Under the pieces are notes generated by a model. That model was not told where the DNA came from, did not search any database, and was given only the letters and a program-made list of their open reading frames with translations. Shown one piece after another: positions 26,080 to 45,520 of a stretch of DNA of 64,000 nt. Both the position numbers and the translations under genes were made by a program. Where the stretch lies: the NCBI RefSeq assembly GCF_009914755.1, contig NC_060931.1; one strand, written 5' to 3'. The first letter of the stretch is position 1, and each line of letters begins with the position of its first letter. This DNA comes from the human T2T-CHM13v2.0 reference genome, Homo sapiens.

Positions 26080-26320
26080 GTTTAATAATACATGTCACTT
26101 TTTCTGTGCCAGATACTGTTCTAAGAGCTTTATGTATGTTATTGAACTTTTAATCTTCATAACAATCCTATTTATAGAACTAGGTTCTATCACAACCCTT
26201 CTTTTACAGATAAAGATTGAGATATAAAAAAGTTACTTAACTTGCTCATGGTCATAGTGTAAATGGCAAAGCCAGGATTTACCCTCCTGGCAGTCTGGCT
26301 CCAGACTCCATGTGTTTCAC
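26080..26320 (-). mobile_element. MIR
   Basis: Contains TGTGCCAGATACTGTTCTAAG...TTTTACAGATAAAG...AACTTGCTCATGGTCA...GCCAGGATTT. Confidence 0.7.
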
Positions 26321-26426
26321 TACTGCAGTCCTAGGAATGGAGTTCTATATACAGAGAGGGACAGAAAAGATGCTAAAATGTTTACAGTGGTTACCTTTGG
26401 AAAAAAGGATGGGTAGATTTTTAAAA

Positions 26427-26490
26427 TGTGTGTGTTTCTGTGTGTGTGTGTGTGTGTATATATATATACATATGCACATTTATATATACT
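26427..26490. repeat. (TG)n/(TA)n microsatellite
   Basis: Seen directly. Confidence 0.9.
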
Positions 26491-26504
26491 AAGTTCTGTA
26501 CATT

Positions 26505-27860
<1,356 letters not shown>

Positions 27861-28124
27861 GTAATACAAATTTCATGTAATATAAATATTTAAAAAGCAA
27901 CCATATGTTTTGTTCTACAAAATAATTGGGTAAAAAGTTTCAGAATAACAGTAGATAACTAAGAAATGTAAAAGGACATACTGATATTTTGATCACATAT
28001 GAATGATTTAAATTACCCAATTTATCATTTTAGATAATACACCAATTTCAAATCTGATATTAGAATATTCAAGGGAGAATTTGGAATTACATATATAATG
28101 ATCCAATTTTTTTCTTTTCTCTAG

Positions 28125-28406
<282 letters not shown>

Positions 28407-28511
28407 TAGAATGAGCCAAATGCCAACTCATTCCTTACTACCATCCATGGTAGTGAAATGCTTTTGGAATCGGCTCTGTATTTACAGGCTATATAAACAG
28501 CTACAAAGTGA

Positions 28512-28784
<273 letters not shown>

Positions 28785-29167
28785 TAGAAGAGAAGCACAT
28801 TGGTGTATAGATTTTCTCTTTTCTGTCCTCTGTATTTTTTGGCTGAAGATACCAGTTCACAATACCACGTATGCTGGGGTTTATGAATATTTAAAGGCTT
28901 CTGGACTGGCTGCTTTTCAGACAGACAAGGACTCTTACAAATCAGTTAAAGTAACATCGGTACTTGTAAGATACTTTGAGACCCCTAGGCCTATAATCCC
29001 TCCAGGCAAGGTAATGCTTGCTAATTGGGGAGGGAAAGGGGGCACTGCTTCATGTTAGTACCATTTTTTTAAAACCGTGAAATTCAGTTTTGGGGTAAAA
29101 GTCATAACTGCCATTGTTTATATTTTATCTTTCCCAGAATGTGACACAAACAGATTTTAACAAATAG

Positions 29168-29515
<348 letters not shown>

Positions 29516-29851
29516 TAAGAGCTCTTTCCCCTCCTTTAACAACTAGTGTGCTGAGAATACAAAAAAAAGGTTGTAAGAAACTAAAAATCAGAAAAATTCA
29601 TTTATATGAATTTAGATGTTTTTATTTTTACTAAAATGAGCATAACTTTCATCTTGTTGATATACACAGTAGACTAAATGTGTGTATCTAATTGATCTTA
29701 AAGCAGTCTTATTTGGGGAATGGAAATAAACAGGAAACAAGATCTAAAACTAAAGTCTGTATATTTTTCATTTTGTTTTCATTTCTATAATTATTATGGA
29801 TATACTTACGTATTTTTAAATTTTCAATTCTAATTCTTTCTTTATATACAG

Positions 29852-29908
29852 AATATTTCTTCCCCAGAAAGTTCTCCAGAAATAAAGAGACGCACTTATA
29901 GTCAAGAG
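29852..29908 (+). CDS. KMT2E: KMT2E 57-nt exon (NISSPESSPEIKRRTYSQE)
   Basis: Acceptor tttatatacag| and donor GAG|gtaaga. Confidence 0.92.
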
Positions 29909-30023
29909 GTAAGAAGTTAACTTAAAAAGGGTGAATTGGTAGTTTTTTTCCTATTACATTGTTTTCCTTAAATTACTGGTAAATTTTGAAATAAACAGTC
30001 CCAAGATGTGATTATTTGTGTAA

Positions 30024-30662
<639 letters not shown>

Positions 30663-31228
30663 TAATACTACTGAGGGGAATTGTTAGATGTATTATGTAA
30701 GGCATTCTTAATTTAGTTATTAAAGTTACATTTTTAATATTTTTAAACCTTTTGTAAATGCTGGCTTAATTAGAAAATGTTTACAGAAAAGTAAAAAAAT
30801 TCTAGTAATATGGGAAATCCTTGTAAGCAGCATGGTTTCAGAAAAATCTCAAGATGATTTATTTCACCAAATGAGTATTTTTTAAAACTAGGAACTCCCC
30901 AACCAAAAACACAGACTTGAATAATATTTGTGTTATTACCTTTATTGTACATTGAGCAAGCACCCTTGTATAGAGGAAATGCCTCTTTCCTCATCTATAA
31001 TATCTATAGTATTTAGGCCATGGATGTAAGAGTGTTTTTATTTTACTAATAGTTAATGTATTAAATATTAAGTTAGTTCCCTGATTTCCCATTATTTGGT
31101 TGGCAGACATACTGAGATAATTAGAATGCCTTATTTCAAAAGAAACTATAGCACTTATTTTGTTAGTAGGCTTATTGCTTTGCAAGTCCAAGAATTTTCG
31201 TGATGTGTGCTTTTAATTTTTATAACAG

Positions 31229-31267
31229 AGTCCAGTTGGCAACTTTGTGGGAAGCAATGTAGTATAG
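31229..31267 (+). CDS. KMT2E: Alternative KMT2E terminal exon encoding SPVGNFVGSNVV* (NKp44L / 21spe-type truncated isoform, about 1168 aa)
   Basis: Acceptor ttttaatttttataacag|AGT CCA GTT..., phase 0 after KKK. TAG at 31265-31267. ATTAAA at 31508 and AATAAA at 31589. The 12-aa peptide matches my recollection of the NKp44L C-terminus. Confidence 0.8.
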   Translation, partial: SPVGNFVGSNVV

Positions 31268-31497
31268 TGGAAAGAGCACGGGCTTTCAAGTAAGACCTAG
31301 GTTCGAATCCCGGCTCCAACACTCACCAGCTGTGTGACCTTGAGTGAGTGAGTTACTCAATTTCCTCATCTATAAAATGGGGATGATAATATACCTATTT
31401 CATAGGGTTGTTGTGAGGATAAATGAGATAATGTATGTAAATCATCTAAGTACAATGCCTGGAATATAGTAGGCATTTGGTAATTGTTAATTATTTG
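31250..31497 (+). mobile_element. Near-full-length MIR (MIRb-like) forming the end and 3' UTR of the NKp44L-type exon
   Basis: GTGGAAAGAGCACGGGCTTT...GGTTCGAATCCCGGCTC...GCTGTGTGACCTTG...TTTCCTCATCTATAAAATGGGGATGATAAT...GGGTTGTTGTGAGGAT. Confidence 0.88.
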
Positions 31498-31593
31498 TTC
31501 AGAATCAATTAAAATAATTTTCCTAATGTAAATATAGTAATTCTCTTTAGACAAAAAAGAATGCATTGGTTCTGACATAAAAAACAAGAATAA

Positions 31594-31914
<321 letters not shown>

Positions 31915-32469
31915 TAAGCCCATTGTGAAGTATGCTACTCTGGAAAAAACAAGCTTTTGTTCAAGTATTCTTCCTATTTGTTGTTCTCCCAAGGCTAAGC
32001 TGATAGTGCTTCGTGGTCACAATTTTAAAAGATTCTCTCTGCTAATAGGATTTTAAGCCAGCTGTGTATGGCCTGTGTTCTTAAATGTCGATTGTATTTA
32101 TTCCTTGGTAATTTATTCATACTTTACACACACATATCCTCTCCAAAGAATTTTTATCAGATTCAACAATTCTGCAGACTTCCTTTATAACCCCTACCAG
32201 TTACCTTGAAAGAACAACCAGGGTTAGTGCTTCTTCAGAAGGAATAGGAGCAGCTGCATATAGGATGGATCTTGGCAAATGGCAGGCAGCCACACTCACT
32301 TTGCTCCTTGGTCCCCTTTCCACCTGAAAGCATGCAATCCTGATAGCAGTTTGTTAGGGGCATGTTTTGGTACCTTTGGTAACCTGAAGTGACATTCTCA
32401 ATGTCAATATATTATCTTCAACTCCTTGCCTTCTTTTCACCAATAAATTGCTGGAGACAAAGGAATTGA

Positions 32470-32817
<348 letters not shown>

Positions 32818-32950
32818 AAGATTAACTATTTTCAAAGGTTAACACCAAAGTATTTTCCCAGTAGATCAAAAGCCTTGGTCTGACAGTACATGTTGACTAT
32901 GAAGCAACAATGTAACTAGCAGTAGTTTCTTTCAATAGAGGATAATGTGA

Positions 32951-33058
<108 letters not shown>

Positions 33059-33127
33059 TGAGCTTGTTCCTTCACCAGAAAGTGGAATCAGTTAATCACT
33101 CTGCATCCTCGTTCTTTGCAGCTCTAA

Positions 33128-33292
<165 letters not shown>

Positions 33293-33376
33293 TAAGCAGA
33301 TGACCGATAATGTTATTCTTAACAAATTTTAAAATCAGACAAGAGAGCCTTTATAAAAAGTTGGTTTGGATAGTAG

Positions 33377-33733
<357 letters not shown>

Positions 33734-34509
33734 TGATGGATAACTCTGACCAAACATTCAAGTTTTCTAAGCACACTTCAACAGCTTACATTTTCTTCAA
33801 ATGTTCCACCTCTATTCTAGTGGTGTCCAGGAAATTCATAGCCTTGTCATGAAATTCTTAACCATCCAATTATCTAAAAACAAAAGGTCATTTTATCATT
33901 TAAAAGGAATGACATCTTCATCCTGGTTCATGAAGATGTAATAATCTAGTATGGCATGTAAATCATTGGAAACTAAAGACAAGGAATGTGAGATTTATCT
34001 TTTTTTGATGATTGACATTTAAACAGTCTTATACTTGGTTTATTTATATCTGAACAGTGTACAAGGAAAATGAAAAGGTATTAAAAATCAAAATGGTTTG
34101 AGGGAGCAAGTTCATTTACCCAAATCAATTTATCCTTAGGTTGGGTATAGAAATTTCAATTATAAAATTGAAACTTGCTATTGGAGTTCTTCAGAGTGAG
34201 GCTCAAAAACAGGTTTCATTGCTTAGGGGTAAAAAGGCAGAGTAAAGTGAAAGAAAATTATTTCCTCAACTTGTCTTCAATAAAAATTAACCCAGAGAAT
34301 TCACTTTAAGCTCACGCTCATAACTTTTTGGAACAACTGAAAAATATTGGCCTTTTAACATCCCAAGCCTCCATAATTGACGTATCCAGGATGTTATTTC
34401 CTGCCCCCCATTAAAATTAATATTTAGGTAGTATTAAATACCAACAAGAATAAACCTCAAGGTACACAAAATGTTCCTTGAATGTATATAATTTGTTTTC
34501 TCTTCATAG

Positions 34510-36018
<1,509 letters not shown>

Positions 36019-36767
36019 AATGGACTCCAAAAACATTTTTTTAAATGTTCTGTAAGATAAACTGTATATTTCATATGTACCTGTTAAGGTACTTTTTAAA
36101 GCTTGTACATGAACCTTTGTATAAAAAACACCAGTGCTCTTTCGTTGTATTTTTCTCATTTTTGCTTTTTAAAATTCCTTTAAAAAATGTGCTGTTAAGC
36201 CAGTATTAGGTATCTTTATTTTGTAAGTGAACATTCCAGCTGTTTTTTTCTGGCAGATCTGATGCTGATTTGATGCTGTATGATCTTTTTTTTTTTTTTA
36301 GTTAAATTCATTTAGTGAATGTTCTATTATTTTATACATACACATTAAGTACTCAGCTAAGTAATGGCACTATGAGGATTTTTTTTTTCTTTCCTGTCAG
36401 CAGCAGTTCTGTGAATGCATCTTAGGTATAAAAATGCAATACAGATTTTTATATTTTGGTGTGGACATGGCTCATTTTGTTTTACCAGTTATTTGCAAGC
36501 AAAATGTAATTTAATGTATAGATGATTTCTAATGTCTCCTGACAAACTGTAAATACTGCATTTCTTTTGCGTATATAATTGCTTACAGCTTTTCTCATTT
36601 GATATATAGCATTGTACATATGACAAGTCTTTTGCAAAACTGTGTGATCTTTGTGAAAGTAGTACAGTATATGACCTTTAATTTCTTTTTTATTTTAAAT
36701 ATACTGTCACACTGAAGCACTGGTTGGGCATTTTAATTCATGTTAATAAATCACAATTATGTCAGTT
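36019..36767 (+). other. KMT2E: KMT2E 3' UTR (proximal end approximate)
   Basis: U-rich, repeat-free sequence between the stop codon and the first AATAAA. Confidence 0.8.
36745..36750 (+). terminator. KMT2E: KMT2E poly(A) signal AATAAA
   Basis: First canonical hexamer after the stop. UGUA motifs lie upstream and GU-rich sequence downstream. Confidence 0.8.
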
Positions 36768-39059
36768 TTACCAGATTGTCCTGTACAACTTCTAAGATCG
36801 GGATCTGTGTGTTTCTACAGAAGTTCTAGTTTTCAAATATAGATTGTAAGGAGCCTTCAATTTTCTTTAGCGACTACTACCTCAGCAACAGGAGGCAGCA
36901 AGGGGCTGTTCCTGTGGTGGTTTCTGTTTGCATTTTTGCAGGAGCCATAGGAAACTACTGAAATGATTGTGCTGGGTAAATTAAGGATCTGGCATCATAC
37001 AAAATGAAGCCAGACCACTAATGCATTACAGTAGTTCTTGAATACAAGGTACAACAACTGTTTGAAAATATGGGTAGTTTGCCCAAAACAGGAAAATTTG
37101 TCTTGGGTGTAAAAACTAAAGAAAAAAGGCATTATTCCTAGATCTCTCAGTGAAATGAAAATGGCCTCTTAAGTGAACGTTTTTATTGCTAAAATATAAA
37201 ATGCTAGTTAGTTATTAATTATTAATCTTCAAAAAATTAAAAATTTCCCAGCCTTTGTCTTCTACCTCTGAGGATTCAGTAAGTACATCCAATAATAATG
37301 ATACTGTTTTATCAATCAACATATTTTTCATCATCCAATTACCTGACATAATTTGGCACAGGATACAAATTCTGTGCATCAGAGAAAGTAAACACTAAAA
37401 TGACTGCGTGACCTCATTCAGTCATGTTTTTACACTTTGAACCTCTATTTATTTCCTTTTGAAAATTAGCTAATGATGGTACATTAACGCAGCTCACTTA
37501 GGGCTCAATCCTAATCACAGCTTCAAATTTTAGAAGAACATATAGGCCAAGTTTGCCATCCTCAATTTGTCCAACAAAATTCTATTTATGGTATTTAGTA
37601 AAGAAACATTTGTCTGAGAAGAAATGGTTTTACATCATCTATCCTGATAGTTTCAAACAGAATAAAGGTAACTAGCATGTGAAATAAAAATATTCTTCTT
37701 AAAAGGTTTGTCCTTCTAAGCATTTTAAATTCTTCACTGGCTTGAAATGTGCCTACTACAGAAATATGCATACAGAAGCTTTTGTGTGAACTGCAGAATC
37801 TTATACATTTTGATTCCTTGATGAAGTATATACTCTAAAATACAGTCTTCTACCAAAATTTCATTCAAGTTATTTAAAAGGGGGAGAAAAAAGGAGAATT
37901 TAGGAAATAACCTGAACTATGGATAGAAACTGAAGAAGTTCTCTACTCCAATGGAAAGTTTCCTTACTTTATCGTGGTAACTAGTTATGTATGGTCCAGG
38001 TATGGGAAGAAGCAAGTTAGTAAATCGGTTTTCACCTAAGAAGTTTATGACTCTGAAGATCTTATATCCACCTTTTCTCTGCCTTTGGGCAGTTCTGTCT
38101 GCCAACTTCTAGATAGCCAGCTCCTGTATCTGCTATAAACACATATGTGATCCACTGCTTGTCATTTTCCATGAAGATTTCACATGGACTACAGAAAGGA
38201 AAAGATAGATAGGACATTCAATTGAAGTCAGAGAGCTAGTTATAATGTTTAGCATAACCAGTGGTTCTCATTTAGTTTTTGTGCATTCTTTATCAACAAG
38301 CCGCCAAGAATCTGATAAAGCCATATTATGCCTAATACAAATGTATATTCCTTCTAGAACAACCGTTTCTGTATTATAAACTAGTTAGGCTGTTTTATCA
38401 TAAGGGACACACCTGTAAAAATTCATAATCTAGTTTATTTTCCAACATAAGCAAAAACTGCATTAGACAAATTTCATTCAAGTATACTATCACCCTGATA
38501 AAAATCCTTTTACACTTAGGGAAGATATAAATTATGCCCTATGGTTCTTGTAAGGATGTTTCTTATAGAAATCACGGATAGTATCACCAGTCCACAGCCA
38601 CTATCTATCACAGAATTTACATGGAAACCTACAGCCTCATTAGAAAAACTTAGCATGCAAATTTCATAAAGAAATTAATGAATGATCCATTCTACCTCAC
38701 AGTGGTAATGTGATATAATGGTAATTCCTAAGAGGATTATGTGTCTTGTTTCCTAACAGCAAATGCTGTTTTGTTTTAAATTTGCAATGATCAAACAAAT
38801 GCAGTTAGTATGTTTTTGATGAACCATGGATGAAAAGGGATCATTGATATTCTAGAGAATCAATCTATACTGTAGCTTTTCTCCTAAATCCCTTCTGCCC
38901 TTAAAAAACAATAAATGATTTCCTTATAATACGCCTCAATGCATGTTCTACAACTACATCTGCTGCAACAGGAATGCTGGTATTTAGTTTTAGTGACACT
39001 ACTCTGATAGCAAATGTTCATTGATTCTATCATTTATAGGGCAATGACCAAGGCAATGT

Positions 39060-40522
39060 CTGGAAAAAAAAAAACCAAAACACTTTAATTTTTAAGACAA
39101 CTGCAAGCACCTCAAACAATGGATTATTGTTACAACACTTGTTAGCTTTTCACAATCTAGTTATTGCAAAGGCATATGGATAAATGTTAATGGACAAAGT
39201 CAAAAACGAGGCACCTTAATGAATGTAAAATTTAAAATAAAAAGACATTCAATCCACTGACTTCTAAAAGAGGCTAAATATACCTCTATATATTACATTC
39301 TAAAATTGTATTGCCTACTATGGTTTGTATCCTGGAGTCTACAATTAATTTTAAGGAAATGCATAAACAAAACTGTGTGCAACCTGCAAAGGGAAAATCA
39401 TTTTCTCAACTTCGTTTCATGGAAAGACAATGAAAAAGCTAGTAAAATTTGTTGTAGCCACACGTAAAGCTACCTATGGAATGAATGTGATCACTGTTAT
39501 CTTTGAGCTGTGAGAAGTATTCTGCCCACTGCACTGCAAATTGTATATACCATACCTTGTGTTCTAGACAAGCATGATCATGCTTTTCCAAAAATATATG
39601 TATTTTTTCATTCCACACAATTAACACGTTTCTCCAATTTAATCTATGTAGAGCTTAACTTACAGCACCCAGAGGAGGCAACATGACATGGTACTGAGCC
39701 ATCACATTTTTAAAGGGAAATTGCTCTTCTTTAAAAGTACTTTTAAAAATATGCAAAATCACAAATGGGACTGCTAAATTATAATGCATATTTTAGAATG
39801 AGAAACATATCTTTTCTTCCTTTAAAGTGCCATATAGAGAATGACATCTTATAACCCAGAGCCACTTTGTTTAAAATCCAATGTGAAAAGACTGTTATGG
39901 AATGAAAAGTTTGCACAACTCCTTGGAGCAGTTAAAGTCCGCTACATGCAACATAGGCTACAAAGCACTCAAGACTTGGTAGCTTTTCTGAAATTTGAGT
40001 CCCCCTCCCATATTTAATGGAAAGTAACATTTACAGGGTGCATTTACATACACTATAATACAGGAATGATGTCCCTTTGCCAGAAGATAAAATTGTACAT
40101 TTCCTTGCTATTTCTTGGTTCCAACTTGATAATTTCTTAAGATTGTAAATTATATAGTACTCAGCTAAAATATTTCTTCATAAATAGTTACAAAACCTGC
40201 CAAAACACAAAGGGGAAAGTATTTTTCATTCAAAAAAATGACATTTGAATGTCACACAACACAAGAAACAATGCTTAGAGACATGTTATTGTTTCCAGAA
40301 GAAAATGGTCAGTAAACTACTTAGCTGAAGACAAAAGACTACCCTTCCCCAGGATCACAGTGCACAAAAAGCAAAATGTCAAACAACAGTACCTCAAAGC
40401 AAAATAAAGGTCTGAGGATGAAGCCAGCTCACTTGTAATCCTGTTAAAGAATGAGAGTCACCGTTTAGGTCCAATGTACTGGGAACATTTGCTAGCTCAG
40501 AATGCAATATTGGTAGAATTTG
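39060..40522 (-). other. SRPK2: SRPK2 3' UTR
   Basis: Repeat-free AU-rich sequence downstream of the SRPK2 stop. The distal end is inferred. Confidence 0.7.
39084..39089 (-). terminator. SRPK2: SRPK2 poly(A) signal ATTAAA (cleavage near 39060)
   Basis: The + strand tttaat reads ATTAAA on the - strand, followed by a U-rich tract. Confidence 0.6.
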
Positions 40523-40732
<210 letters not shown>

Positions 40733-41301
40733 TCAAGAAAGCTCCAAATCTGCATTCCCCATTGTTGGTCCAGTCAGGTTCTTTTCAGTGAAGCGGACAA
40801 CCACCTGCTCAACACTTGTACAGCAACAACAAAGAACACCAGCTTTTCCCCACTAAGCAATAATCATTACATGTACATATGACCAAGGCATATTTCAAGT
40901 AAGCCTGGTGGATCTAAATAGAGGTTAATTAATAGTTCATTCACATTAGTTCTAAGCTTCTTTAAGTAAGTGGAGTGGGCTCAGTTTGCCCAGAGTGTTT
41001 TCTTTTCCAAAGGTTGAAGCAAGCCACTCTCATTTCAACCTGGGATCTTCCGTAAAATTTGCAAACTTGAGGCCAACCCAAATCAAACACCATTCATGTC
41101 TACGCATTTGTTGTAAGATCTAAGATCCTAGGACATTAATTTGTAAACCTTGAAGTTATACTTCACAAACTGTGCTAGCTGCAGTATGAAAAGTGTCGGT
41201 TACAGGCAGCTTTGGTTGACATAACAGAATGACTAACAAGCTAGTAAATGGCCTACGAGCTGTAATGGTCATTTCATAAGAGAAAAAAAAGGTTATTTTT
41301 A

Positions 41302-41597
<296 letters not shown>

Positions 41598-43737
41598 CCC
41601 ATAACCTTTTCAAAAAGGCAATAAACTGTCAAAAGCTCCAGATAATTTCACTGTGAATAACTCGTTTTCTCTGCCTGTTTGAAGTTTTCATAGGACATCC
41701 CACCCCTGCCCACAGACCTCCTTAGGTGCCCCTCAGTGCATCCTGAGCAGCTTCTGCAGAGGAAACACCCCCCTGTGCCCACACCTCAGAGCAGCCAGGT
41801 CTCGGTGGGGGGAGAGAGGCATTCAAGCACCTGCAGGGCACACTTCATGCAAGGACTGACTTCTCTCCCCTTTCAACTGCTTTAATTTAAACAAGGTACA
41901 TTTTTTTCATGAGATGCATCAATAGATAATCAGTGCTCTGCTCACAAAGGTGTTCTCAGGAGGCTTGTTCTGTTTCACCCATTTATTCGAGTCAACTTGG
42001 AAAAGCCCTCCCGTTTAAAAACACAATGAAAAGGAAAGAGCATTACAGAAAAGTATAAGAACAAAAGGGGAAGTAGCCTACAATCCTACCCACAACTGCT
42101 CTTCTTTTGTGTCTATTGTGAAGAGTGTTCTTACACACTAGTATGTCTACAAAGTTGCAATCATGCTGTGCACAGGGTTCCGTATAAAGAATCTTTTAAG
42201 AGGGCTGCTTGCTAAAGGGGCTGAGATGTAAAATAAGCTTCTGTTTCCAATATGAGGACTGGAGCTAGAGTAAAGCATCGCATCCAGACTAGACATCAGG
42301 TCTGTGTTGATGAAGAAATGAACCTGTAATATTAGAGGCGGGAAAGGATCTCCTGTTGAAGGAAACACAGTCTCCATAAAAACAAAGTCTGAACAGAGAC
42401 TGCAGGTTTATCCCTCTAAGCCTGAAATTCCGGCTCTAGGAATCCAGCCCAAGGAGATAAACCCTGGTTGCACCACCCCAAATTCATGCCTAATATATGC
42501 TGGCACAAAATTATATGTACTCGCAAAATTACGAAGAGCCAGTAATAGTAAAATGGTGGTTAAAAGAAAACCAAGGTAGATTCACTTAATAGTATTTAAT
42601 ATTACTTAACAACATGGGAGAAGATCATGGTACAACATTAGGCAGTAAAAGAACAGTCAAACTATGTCCTACAGATAATCACAAGATTATTAAAATGCTC
42701 ATTAAGATGGAAATCAACTGAATCAAAACATCAGCTTTTGTTAGTAGGTTATTTCAATTTCCACATTTTCTGTAATATGACTATATTGATTTAGACTGTT
42801 GATCTCACCACAGCAACAGTTAAAGCAAACTAAGAAAGCTCACATGTGACTAAACCAAGTTCTCTGGGAAAGGGAGCGAACTTTTATGACATGAATCTAT
42901 TCTATCTCAGAAAAAATACTCTCCAGGTTTGCAAATATAGGTAACTACAGAGAAGCACTGTGTGCTGAGAATAGTAAAGGAACCTATTTCTGAGGCGCCA
43001 GGTGTTAAACTAAGATCCATCAACAAGGCATCTTTTAAGTACAATCTTCCATGAAAAGAGAAGTTTTACCACTATAAATGCTTAACAGCTGCATAGTAAC
43101 AGTGAGCAAAACAATATAATAGTGAAAGGCCATGAGAAACTATTCATCCATAACTAGGCATACTATAAACTGGTAAAAATATTCGCAAGGAGCAGTAAAA
43201 TATCTAACTACTTTTAACAAGGTAAAGACTGTGCAAAGAAGCAGTCTATAAACAACAGTATATGCAGGAGAGTCCTAAACACCTATGGTCCTGAGCACAG
43301 AGCAGCACTGCAATATAACAAAACACTGAACCGCCTCTAAAAAAAAAAAAAATGTGTGGACTTTTTTTGTGGAAAAAGTTTATAATATAATGCAAAGGAA
43401 AATCAACTCACCCAGATGCTATAATGATTATGTGTGCAAACCCTTAAGCTCAGTATAAGAAGTAACCTTGCCCTGGAAATAGTTGATAAGGTTACTTAAA
43501 CACAAAGCCCAAGCCCCCAACTCTGTATCTATTGCTAGGAGACACAACAAGAGTGGGCTCACTGAATGAGTGAGGGTCTCGAGTCCATGAGCCAGCTCCA
43601 GCCCTGCAGATGATGCCCAAGAAATGTAGCCACCTCCATCACTTAGAATGATAATTAAGAATAAGAGGGGAAAGCATATTTTAAAAACACATTTTCACCA
43701 TTTGCTCTTACTATAAAAGTAGCACCCTAACAAGTTA

Positions 43738-44151
<414 letters not shown>

Positions 44152-44799
44152 TTAGTTTCTTAAAGTTCCATTTCTAGCCTGTCCTCCTTAAAGAATGTGG
44201 AATATCACTTCACCCTTCCTGTGACTATCAGCTGTCAATCTCAGTATCAACTCACACACACACAAGCAAACATGAGCCTGGCAGCCAATTGTGTGGTCCC
44301 CAAGAGCCCCTTAGGCTTCTGAATTTGCTCTGAGAAACAGCTTGAAAGAGCCAAGGAAAACCAACAGGAAGCAGGCTCTGAGGAAGGGTTCCTCCTGCAG
44401 AGTAAAGGCTTTGTGACAGCAACTGTACTGGCCAGTCCTGGACTTGCAGAGTCCTTCTAAGGAAACAGGGAAGTTCTATTATACTTCTCTTGAATCTTAA
44501 AGTGGTTTGTGAAGGAAAATACATTATTTTATCCATGAAATTGTCATATTCCAGAATTAAATAAAGAAGCCCATGAGGTTCCACACTACATGTGGGAGGA
44601 CTCTAAAGGCAAATCCTGGACTACATTTACATGAACACTGGTAATTACAAAGCAAACCATGATATAAAACTGATGAGCATCAATTGTGTACACGTAGAAA
44701 GTAAACCTACCAAGAAATACCAATACAAAGCAAGAGACAATGAAGAGATCTGAATGAATTCTTACACAAGTAGACAACCAAATGTAGGTAAATATTGGA

Positions 44800-45150
44800 G
44801 TTTAAAATGTGTATAAACCCTACCTCACATCCCATACAAAAATCAACTCAAAATAGGTCATATGCCTCAGAGCTAAAACTAAACAATTCCTAGAAAAGTA
44901 AATCTTCATGACCTTGAAGTAGGCAATGATTTATTAGATGTGACATCAAAAGCACAAATTGTAAAATGTATATAAATTGGACTTCATCAAAATTTAAAAA
45001 TTTATACTTAAACTTTCACATGTGTATTCAAGAGAAACGGAAACATCTGCCCACACAAACTTGTACATTAATGATCATAGTAGCATCATTCATAATAGCC
45101 AAAAAGTGGGGGAAAACCAAACGCCCATCATCTGATGGAGGGATAAACAA
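44800..45150 (+). mobile_element. Old L1 (L1M) ORF2 3'-end fragments
   Basis: CCATACAAAAATCAACTCAAAAT..., AAATTGGACTTCATCAAAATTTAAAAA, and GCATCATTCATAATAGCCAAAAAGTGG. Confidence 0.75.
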
Positions 45151-45480
45151 GAGGAGTGGCAGTGACAACGCCCAGCCTGTGTAGCTGTCAAATGCCCACG
45201 AAAGAGCTTTCTTTGCTCTTTACAGCATCAAAAGAATCTGTTGCTTTTTAGGTATTCAGGAGATAATTTTAAAACACTGTGACAAGTTCAGCTCAGACAC
45301 TAAATATTAAAAATACAGAATACAGTATCTCTTTTTAAAACTCAGCTCCTGGGTTTTAGCCCTCAGTTCTCACATTTCTCTTGATGTTGTCCCTGACTCA
45401 GGGAAACGTGGATTTTATGCTGCTGCACAGAAGCTTCTTGCTTTTGAAATTTTCAATTGTATTTAAGGTCTGTAGTCTGA

Positions 45481-45512
<32 letters not shown>

Positions 45513-45520
45513 TGCACACA
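45481..45520. repeat. (CA)n(CG)n(CA)n alternating purine-pyrimidine tract
   Basis: Seen directly; Z-DNA-prone composition. Confidence 0.85.

Noticed and set aside
29881-29886. AATAAA within the 57-nt exon
   Set aside because: It is explained by the codons GAA ATA AAG, and there is no other support for a poly(A) site.
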